This document shows, in pieces, positions 56,847 through 64,000 of a stretch of DNA of 64,000 bases. Each line of letters opens with the position of its first letter. The first letter of the stretch is position 1. This DNA is from Tepidisphaera sp. (lineage in GTDB: Bacteria > Planctomycetota > Phycisphaerae > Phycisphaerales > UBA1924). The notes under the pieces are model-generated. The model was not told where the DNA came from. It saw only the letters and a list, made by a program, of their open reading frames with translations, and did not search any database. The stretch lies in contig CP051526.1 of assembly GCA_050916045.1 (NCBI GenBank), positions 3,872,001 through 3,936,000 on the forward strand. Direction: 5' to 3'. The position numbers and the translations under genes are program-made.

Positions 56847-57749
56847 ATGAAACTCCAGGCACTGCTGCTTCTCCTGCTCGCGAGCCCCGCCGCCGCGCAG
56901 AACGCGCCCGCCGACTCGCGGCCCGCCACCACCCCCGCTTCGCCGTCTGGCGGGCTTGCCGCGGACCCGACGAATCCTCCGCCGCTTGTGAGCGAGAGCG
57001 CCAAGATCTCGCTCTACCAGTTCCAAGCACAGCCGCGGCTTTGGTACGTGGGTCTGTCGGGCGACCTCACCCTTCCCGGCTCCCCCGCGAACAACCCGGT
57101 GGCCACGCTGGACGAGCTGAATCTCGACAGCCCGCAAGCCAGCCTGTCCGGGAGCGCAACGGTGCGGTTCGACCGCTGGACCGTGAACTTCTCGGCGGCG
57201 ACGGCTTCGAGCGATCGGTCCACCGTCGCGCAGCGGGCCGGGCAGATCGGCTCCTTCACGTTCAACCCGGGCGACCCGATCCGCTCGTCGTTTGACCTGA
57301 CGACGGCCGAGCTTTCCGGCGGGTACAGCGTGGGCACTTGGGCACGCACCCAGCGAGCCGACGGCTCGTGGGGCTTCGTGGCGGATCTGGCGTTGATCGG
57401 CGGCTTGCGGGTGTACGACGTTGAAGCAGGCGTGGGGGCGACCGCTCCGACAGGGTCGCGAGTGGACGAGTTCTTCATCGAGCCCATCGCGGGGGCTCGC
57501 CTTGAACTGAACCTTGCGAAGGACTTCTCGATCGACGTCCAGTCGACTTTCGGGTACCTCCCGGCCGATCGGGAGAGCTTCTCGTGGGACATCGAGGTCG
57601 CTTTTGCGTGGCGGATCATCGACAACCTCGGGTTTGAGGTGGGCTACCGCAACATGTTCATCCACCTCGAGACGGGCGACGACACGTCGCGGTTTGAGTG
57701 GGAGGGCGGTGCGGCGGGCGTGTTCGCGGGCTTGCAGCTTCGGTTCTAA
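56847..57749 (+). CDS. Putative outer-membrane beta-barrel protein
   Basis: Signal peptide MKLQALLLLLLASPAAA; beta-strand pattern; ends AGLQLRF. Confidence 0.8.
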   Translation: MKLQALLLLLLASPAAAQNAPADSRPATTPASPSGGLAADPTNPPPLVSESAKISLYQFQAQPRLWYVGLSGDLTLPGSPANNPVATLDELNLDSPQASLSGSATVRFDRWTVNFSAATASSDRSTVAQRAGQIGSFTFNPGDPIRSSFDLTTAELSGGYSVGTWARTQRADGSWGFVADLALIGGLRVYDVEAGVGATAPTGSRVDEFFIEPIAGARLELNLAKDFSIDVQSTFGYLPADRESFSWDIEVAFAWRIIDNLGFEVGYRNMFIHLETGDDTSRFEWEGGAAGVFAGLQLRF

Positions 57750-57980
57750 ACCCTGACGGCAGCAAGTCTTGACGCGGATCCGGCTCGCCGGGAACCGGTC
57801 TCCTGCCTACGCTGGGATGGCCAGCTTCCGGGTACGAACGCTGGCCCTTTGTTCGAATTCAAGCAGGTTTTTGATCGGCATGTGTTCATGGAAGCCGGTC
57901 CAGCAGCATCACCGGCGGTGAGGACCCATCTCCGCCGGAGCATCAGCAAGTGTCCGGGACGAGCCCCGGCCGGAGTCGGC

Positions 57981-58322
57981 ATGAGCACGGTGACGAAAAA
58001 GGACATCATCGATCGGATCATCGATCGCACGAAGGAACCGCGGGCCAGCGTGAAGCTCGTGGTGCAGGAGTTCCTCGATCAGGTGATCGTGGAGCTCAAG
58101 AAGGGAAACCGGCTGGAGTTCCGCGACTTCGGCGTCTTTGAGATTCGGCGTCGGGAAGCCCGAGTCGCCCAGAACCCCAAGACGCTCAAGCGCGTCGAGG
58201 TTCCCGCTCGCGTGAGCGTCAAGTTCAAAGCCGGTCGGCTCATGCGCGAGACGCTTGAGCGTGCGAACGCCGCCGCTCCCCTGGTCGTCGTTCCGTCCAA
58301 AGAACCCGCCCGCAGAGTCTGA
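57981..58322 (+). CDS. HU/IHF family DNA-binding protein
   Basis: TKKDII, RLEFRDFGVFE, AQNPKT and VKFKAG motifs. Confidence 0.92.
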   Translation: MSTVTKKDIIDRIIDRTKEPRASVKLVVQEFLDQVIVELKKGNRLEFRDFGVFEIRRREARVAQNPKTLKRVEVPARVSVKFKAGRLMRETLERANAAAPLVVVPSKEPARRV

Positions 58323-58328
58323 TCGCCC

Positions 58329-61300
58329 TCAACGAACCGGAGCGTCGAGCACCACGGAGACCGGCGAAGCCGCGGGCCCCGCGGTGATGATCACTTTGCC
58401 GTCCGCGAGACTGATCCGCGTGGGCGCGTCGTAAAGGGTGAGCCGCTGCTCGTGACTCAGCACCCCGGAGGGCAGGTCGACGAACCAGAGCATCACGCTG
58501 CGGCGTCCGTCACGGTCGGGCTCGGCTTCGCTCTGCAGGTAGACCGCGAAACGATCGCCGATCGCGGTAAGGAAGGGCCCCATCGCCAAAGGGAGAGGAT
58601 CGGCGGCTCCCTCGACCGCCCCCTGCCTCGTGAAGGCCGTGAGGCCGAGTTCGGTCGCGATGAGAATCGTGCTCTTGGGACCCGGGAGCACGTGGAGCAT
58701 CTGATCATCGGGCCCGCGACGACGGCGAAGGTCGGCGAGCCCGGCTTGGGACTGAAGCAGGATCGGCGCCGGAGAGTCTGACGAGCAATCGAACATCCAC
58801 GGCCGCTCATCGCCGGAGAGCACCATCGCACGGTCGCCGACGATCCAGCATTCCTGCGTCTTGGCCGCCAACGAGCCGGCGAAGAGCCTGGTCGCGCCGC
58901 CCGTCTTGGGATCAAGTCGCCAGATGGAATCGTCAAGGCCCATGATGACCCGATCGCCCGCGGGCCGGATCCAGCGCGGGCTTGAGGGAAGCGGCTGTCG
59001 CTCATCCCCAAGCACGGCGAAGGGTGTGCCGGTGGCGAGATCGGCGGTGATGATCCGGGGCTGCTGCGGCGTTTCCATCTCGCCCAGCAGCACGAGCTTG
59101 CCGTCGATCGCGGCGGCGTCGTACACAAGCGTGACGTCGAGCCGCTTGGCCCAGATGGACTTGCCCGTCGCAAGATCAAACGCGGCCGCCGCGCCCGAAC
59201 GCCTGAGCAGGACCAGCGTCTTCCCGTCGATCACCGCGAGCACGCTCGACGGGTCGACTTCCTCATCCTGCGGCGTGCGGCCTCGGACGCCGTCGGCGGG
59301 CTCGGGAGGCAGGAGCGTGTCCAGAGGCTCGGTCGTCCACTTCGTCTGGCCGTCGGGCGCGATGCACTCGACCACCGGGCCGCGTTCGCCGGGCTGGTAG
59401 AGGTAGGAGACGTCCCAATCGACCCGCAGGAATGAAGGGGGAAGGGCCCGAGCATCGGTGCTTCGGGTCCAGAGCGGGACCAGCCTGCCGTCTTCCGGAC
59501 GGCGTCCCCAGACGCCGACCTGGCGTGTGGATGACGAGGCCATCGGAATCTGATCCGTCGCCCGGCCGGAAACAGAAGCAAGGCGCGGCTTAACGATCGT
59601 CCATCCGGCGAGGAGCTGAGGCGGGCCAACGAGTTTGTTGCCGATCTCGGGCCTGCGGTCGCGTTCGCTCAGGCTCTTGGCGAGGGCGGCGGAGAGTGCG
59701 GCACGATCGAGGGTGCCGCTCGCGTCGGAGAGGGGCGCGCCGGGCGCCTGGATGTCCAGTGCGTTGAGCAATCGCCAGGCTTCTCCCTCGCGTCCGTGCT
59801 GGGCCAAAAGGGTGAGCAGCCGGCCGGCGGCGGCCGCAGAATCGGGGGGCATGGGCTGGCGGGTCGCGGCGGCGATGGTGCGCGAGGCTTCCAAAGCTGC
59901 GCCGAGGTCCGACATGGCCTGAGCGTGCTGCTGGAGCGCGAGGCGCTTGTCGGCGGCGGCGGTGAGAACGGCGACGGCGGCGCGACTGGCCGGGAATCGA
60001 CGGGCGAACGCTTCGCCAGCTTCGGGAGAGTCTTCGAGCTGGGCGCGCTCGCGGTCGGCTTGGGCGGCGAACGGTCCGTAAGGCTCGTACCCGACGCGTG
60101 CGAGGAGGTTGCCCAGGCGCTCGCGAGCGGCTTCCCAACCGGGGACGAGCGCGGGGCCCGTGCGGAGCGCGGAAGGGACGACCGCCGCGGCGAGATCCGG
60201 CTGCTGGAGCACGGCTTGGAGCGACTCGATCGCGGCGCTGTGCCGCCCCTGCGCATCCGAAGCCCACGACGCGAGAAGAAGGTGCTCGGCGCGCTCGGAG
60301 GGGGTATCCGCCGCCCGGCCCAGGCGCGCCAGCAGAGGGTCGATCTGAGCCAGCGGCACCACGGTGGCCGTGCGGTCCCGCGGCGCGCCGGCTTCGACGA
60401 CCACATCGCGTGAAGCGACCACGGTGCCGCGGAGGAGTTCAAAGAGCGAGCGGCGCGCCGCTTGGCTTGCCGGATCGGCCGGATCGATGTCGAGGACCGC
60501 GAGCAGGCGATCCGCCGCCGCCGGGACGCCGTCCACCTTGCCGGCACGCAGCGCGATCCGCACGTACGCGAGACCGGGAGCGGCATCCTTTGGAGCGGCG
60601 TCGATCGCCGCGTTGAGCTTGGGCTCGACCGACTCCCAGGCTTGGAAGCTTCGCACCGCCGAGACCGACGCCATGAAGAGCTGACCGTCCGCGACCACCG
60701 GATGGCCCGAAGCCGCAAGCGGCAGCGAGATCGGGGTCGTCGGCGCATCCGGATTCACCACCTGCAGACCCTCGGACGTCGGGATGAGCAGCGTGCGGCC
60801 GCTCACCACCGGCCGCCCGAGAAGCAGCGCCCCGCGACGGAGCGTCACGTTCTGCATCAACGACTCGGTGACGTTCTGCATCGGGTAGATGTTGATGCCC
60901 GAAGCGTTCATCGCGGCGAGATGATCGCCGACGCGGATCAGCGTTCGCGGCTGATCGTTGCGGTCCAGAATTCGCCGGCCCACCAGGCGGCCGTCCGTTC
61001 GCGAGAGACGAACAAGGTCGCCCGTGCCCGGCTCGGTCGTCAGGAGCACGCCGCCGTCGACCACGATCGATGAGCCGAGCCACGGCAGCGTCTCGCCGCG
61101 GCGGGAGAACCGGAACGGCTCGTCGAAGCCGGAGCCTTCCAGCCGATGCACCCAGACGAACCGGCCGGTTGAGGCTTCGATCGCCGCCGTCACGCCCAGC
61201 GAGTCCGTGAGGTAGACGACGCCGCCCACCGCGACGGGCTGGTCCGCCGGACGGGCAAGCTGTCCGATCGGCGGGAGCCCGATGTTCGCCAGCGTCCGCA

Positions 61301-62603
61301 CCCAGCGCAGCGCGCCGGTCGAGCAATCAAGCCCGACGAGCAGCGAGGAAGCAAGACGCCGGCCCGTCGAGAATCGGTCCGCCGCCACCACCACCGTGTC
61401 ACCGACGATGATCGCGGCGCCGCGCACGCTTGATTCTGCGAGCTGCCGGTCAAGCCGGGAGAGCTCAACGCTCCAAAGCGGGGTGCCCAGAGCTGGGTCA
61501 AAGGCGTGAATCCGCGCGTCCCCGTTGCGGCGGGCGTTGTTGACCGCGAATCCCGTCGTTGCGACGACAATGCCCGACCCGACGGTGACCGTCGAGGAAT
61601 CCTCGAGCGAGCGTGTGGCGTTTTCGAGGCCGTTCACCCCGCCCTGGTCGGGAAATCCGATGGCGTCCGGGTCGTCGGTCAGCGTCGAGTGCCGCCACCT
61701 GGGGACCAGCGTCCAACGGTCCCACGCCACGATCTCGACGCCGTCGTTGGTGTACAGCGTGTCGCCGACGACGGTCGGGATCGTCCACGGAGCGGCGCTG
61801 GCTTCGGCTCCGGGCTTGGCGCCCCGGGCGAAGGTTGCGATCTCCGCCGAGGCGAGCGGCTCGGAAGCGACGGTGCGGAGGTCGAGGGGTCCCTGATCCG
61901 ATCCGGGCTGCAGGCTTCGAAGCTTGGCACGGGGAGGCTCGGCGGCGGGCGTGATCGTCGGGGGCGTGCGCCCGGCGGCGCGTGCGAGCGCCACGGCGAG
62001 GTCGCCGGCGGAAGGGGTGTAGCGGGCGATCTCGCCGGCCAGATCCGCAGCCCGCTTGGCGCCCTCGCCGGTCAGATCGGGGTGGACCTGAAGCTGCGAG
62101 AGGCGGAGAGCGGCGCCTTCGAACCGGGCACTTTCGAGATCGCGACGGGCGAGACGCAGAGCGGCTTCAAACCCGCCGCTGGTCAGAAGCCGGGAGCGTT
62201 CGACCTCGGCGAGCTTTCCTTCGGCCACGAGCGCTTCGGCTCGCGGGCTTTCAAGCTGCCGGTACCGAGCGAGGAGCGCGGGGTCGGCGAGGAGCAGTTC
62301 GTGCACCCGCCCCCGGACGCTGATGAACAGGTTGGGGTCCGCTGCGGTGGCGACCAGACGATCGCCTTCCTCATCGAGCAGGCGCTGGGCGACGCGGAGC
62401 ACTTCGACGAGGTTGCCGGAGGATTGGAGGTCGGGGATGCGCTGAAAGGACTCGGTCGCCGCGACCGAATCGTCGACGTAGACGGCGGACTGCTGGGCTA
62501 TCGCCGGAGCGGAGAGCATCGTGCCGGCCAGGAGGGACAGAACCCACGCGGGGCCGAGTTTCACCCGTCCCCTTCGCGTGCCAGCCTTTGAGCCCGCTGC
62601 CAT
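58329..62603 (-). CDS. Large exported protein with two PQQ-type beta-propeller regions flanking a TPR-like helical region
   Basis: Signal peptide; repeated AxDxxxGxxxW-type motifs (AFDPALGTPLW, GLDCSTGALRW, AIEASTGRFVW, AFDLATGKSIW). Confidence 0.8.
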   Translation of the reverse strand: MAAGSKAGTRRGRVKLGPAWVLSLLAGTMLSAPAIAQQSAVYVDDSVAATESFQRIPDLQSSGNLVEVLRVAQRLLDEEGDRLVATAADPNLFISVRGRVHELLLADPALLARYRQLESPRAEALVAEGKLAEVERSRLLTSGGFEAALRLARRDLESARFEGAALRLSQLQVHPDLTGEGAKRAADLAGEIARYTPSAGDLAVALARAAGRTPPTITPAAEPPRAKLRSLQPGSDQGPLDLRTVASEPLASAEIATFARGAKPGAEASAAPWTIPTVVGDTLYTNDGVEIVAWDRWTLVPRWRHSTLTDDPDAIGFPDQGGVNGLENATRSLEDSSTVTVGSGIVVATTGFAVNNARRNGDARIHAFDPALGTPLWSVELSRLDRQLAESSVRGAAIIVGDTVVVAADRFSTGRRLASSLLVGLDCSTGALRWVRTLANIGLPPIGQLARPADQPVAVGGVVYLTDSLGVTAAIEASTGRFVWVHRLEGSGFDEPFRFSRRGETLPWLGSSIVVDGGVLLTTEPGTGDLVRLSRTDGRLVGRRILDRNDQPRTLIRVGDHLAAMNASGINIYPMQNVTESLMQNVTLRRGALLLGRPVVSGRTLLIPTSEGLQVVNPDAPTTPISLPLAASGHPVVADGQLFMASVSAVRSFQAWESVEPKLNAAIDAAPKDAAPGLAYVRIALRAGKVDGVPAAADRLLAVLDIDPADPASQAARRSLFELLRGTVVASRDVVVEAGAPRDRTATVVPLAQIDPLLARLGRAADTPSERAEHLLLASWASDAQGRHSAAIESLQAVLQQPDLAAAVVPSALRTGPALVPGWEAARERLGNLLARVGYEPYGPFAAQADRERAQLEDSPEAGEAFARRFPASRAAVAVLTAAADKRLALQQHAQAMSDLGAALEASRTIAAATRQPMPPDSAAAAGRLLTLLAQHGREGEAWRLLNALDIQAPGAPLSDASGTLDRAALSAALAKSLSERDRRPEIGNKLVGPPQLLAGWTIVKPRLASVSGRATDQIPMASSSTRQVGVWGRRPEDGRLVPLWTRSTDARALPPSFLRVDWDVSYLYQPGERGPVVECIAPDGQTKWTTEPLDTLLPPEPADGVRGRTPQDEEVDPSSVLAVIDGKTLVLLRRSGAAAAFDLATGKSIWAKRLDVTLVYDAAAIDGKLVLLGEMETPQQPRIITADLATGTPFAVLGDERQPLPSSPRWIRPAGDRVIMGLDDSIWRLDPKTGGATRLFAGSLAAKTQECWIVGDRAMVLSGDERPWMFDCSSDSPAPILLQSQAGLADLRRRRGPDDQMLHVLPGPKSTILIATELGLTAFTRQGAVEGAADPLPLAMGPFLTAIGDRFAVYLQSEAEPDRDGRRSVMLWFVDLPSGVLSHEQRLTLYDAPTRISLADGKVIITAGPAASPVSVVLDAPVR

Positions 62604-62764
62604 CAGGTGTGTCCTTGTCCAGTGGCCGAATAGAACCCGTGAACGACGCGGGTGCCCATAACCATCTTTCGGCCGTTCCGACCGTTAAGTTCGACGAACT
62701 CTAGCGGGACCGGGGGGTGTTATTTCACGACGGGCTCGGATCCGGCCGATCGCAGTCTGAAGCG

Positions 62765-63277
62765 ATGACCGCCACGCCACACGCATCCCGATCGGAAGCC
62801 GCTTCGCTGCTGGCGCGAGCTTCGGGGCCGGTCTCGGCCCCGGTCGTCCCGATTCGGAGCGCCTCTGTGTGGTCCGCGGTTCGCGCGGGGCTGGCAAGCC
62901 GGCAGACCCGGGTCCGGATCCTGCTGGCGGGCGTGGTCGTCATGAGCCTGGTCGATCTGGACCTCACGCTCGTCTATGCCCGCACGACGGGCATGGTGGA
63001 GCAGAACCCCATCGCCCGGGAGATCATGAGCACGGGTTCGGCGTGGCTTCTGGTCGCGTGGAAGCTGTTCACGGTGGCGGTGGCGGTGGGTTTGCTCTAC
63101 CACGCGCGGCGGCACCGGGCGGGCGAGCTTGGGTCGTGGCTTTGCATCGCGGTGCTCTGCTGGCTGACGGCCCGGTGGCTGAACTACAACGAGGAACTCC
63201 AACTGCTTCAGTGCGCCGCGACGGCGGAGGCGGTGCGGATGGACCCCAAGTTCGTCCTGATCGAACCCAAGGACTGA
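62765..63277 (+). CDS. DUF5658-like membrane protein
   Basis: SLVDLDLT...EQNPIAR...WK pattern with TM helices. Confidence 0.75.
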   Translation: MTATPHASRSEAASLLARASGPVSAPVVPIRSASVWSAVRAGLASRQTRVRILLAGVVVMSLVDLDLTLVYARTTGMVEQNPIAREIMSTGSAWLLVAWKLFTVAVAVGLLYHARRHRAGELGSWLCIAVLCWLTARWLNYNEELQLLQCAATAEAVRMDPKFVLIEPKD

Positions 63278-63302
63278 TTTCGCCGCGGGGCTTCCGCGCA
63301 TG

Positions 63303-63329
63303 AAAAACCCCCGGCTCGGGCCGGGGGTT
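63303..63329 (-). terminator. Intrinsic terminator for ppdK
   Basis: aacccccggc-tcgg-gccgggggtt preceded by an A-run. Confidence 0.7.
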
Positions 63330-63361
63330 GGATTCAATTCAGGATTCCCGCGGGGGAACGC

Positions 63362-64000
63362 TTAGTCCTTGTCGGCAAGGATCGCGGCCTGAGCGGCGGC
63401 GAGGCGGGCGATCGGCACGCGGAAGGGCGAGCAGGAGACGTAGTCGAGGCCCGCTTTGTGGAAGAAGTGGACGCTCTTGGGATCGCCGCCGTGCTCGCCG
63501 CAGACGCCGACCTTGAGGTCGCTCTTGACGGAGCGGCCGTTGGCGGTGGCCATCTCGACGAGCTGGCCGACGCCGGTCTGGTCGATCGACTGGAAGGGGT
63601 CGACGGCGAGGATGTCCTTCGCGAGGTAGTCGGGGAGGAAGGTGTTGATGTCGTCGCGGCTGAAGCCGAAGGTCATCTGGGTGAGGTCGTTGGTGCCGAA
63701 GGAGAAGAAGTCGGCGGCTTCGGCGATCTCCGCGGCGGTGAGGGCCGCGCGGGGGATCTCGATCATGGTGCCGATCTTGACGTCCAGTCGCGGCTTGTAG
63801 TCCTCGTCCGCCTTGACCTTGGCGATGGTGGCCTCGGTGAGCTCGCGGAGGTAGGTGAGTTCCTTCTTGGTCCCGACGAGCGGGATCATGATCTCGGGCA
63901 TGGCCTTGATGTTGCTTCGGAGGCATTCGATCGTGGCTTCCACGATCGCGCGAACCTGCATTTCAAGGATTTCGGGGTAGGTGACGCAGAGGCGGCAGCC
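63362..64000 (-). CDS. ppdK: Pyruvate, phosphate dikinase (C-terminal part; gene starts beyond the window)
   Basis: [38 protein letters not shown] and [18 protein letters not shown] motifs. Confidence 0.95.
   Translation of the reverse strand, partial: GCRLCVTYPEILEMQVRAIVEATIECLRSNIKAMPEIMIPLVGTKKELTYLRELTEATIAKVKADEDYKPRLDVKIGTMIEIPRAALTAAEIAEAADFFSFGTNDLTQMTFGFSRDDINTFLPDYLAKDILAVDPFQSIDQTGVGQLVEMATANGRSVKSDLKVGVCGEHGGDPKSVHFFHKAGLDYVSCSPFRVPIARLAAAQAAILADKD

Overview
High-GC bacterial chromosome segment, most likely from a Phycisphaerales (Planctomycetota) genome. This is inferred from six secreted proteins ending in a 'GC-type' dockerin-like EF-hand module, a planctomycete-type ECF sigma/Ser-Thr kinase pair, and murE-murF-mraY and nuo genes outside their usual operons. 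Housekeeping genes: trpS, yicC, secG, nuoE, cca, lptB, mqnA, tRNA-Thr-tuf-rpmG-tRNA-Trp-secE-nusG, queA, murE-murF-mraY, nuoD, tsaB, HU/IHF and partial ppdK. These are interleaved with many uncharacterised exported proteins. No CRISPR array, transposase, integrase or rRNA was seen. Most notable observations: (1) a phased 21-bp array of GTCG-N5-CGAC dyads upstream of a gene missed by the ORF track; (2) six unrelated passengers sharing a C-terminal dockerin-like ...GC-stop tag; (3) a tandem pair of exported NfeD/ClpP-fold proteins, one apparently active and one apparently dead; (4) a Cys-rich RGPP leader ORF before an HMA lipoprotein and a beta-barrel, suggesting a metal-sensing arrest-peptide module; (5) a candidate four-hairpin ncRNA; (6) an AdkA-like kinase fused to an NDT-like domain; (7) a degenerate sigma70. 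All protein calls come from motif recognition by eye, with no database searches run, and many start codons were re-chosen and are approximate.
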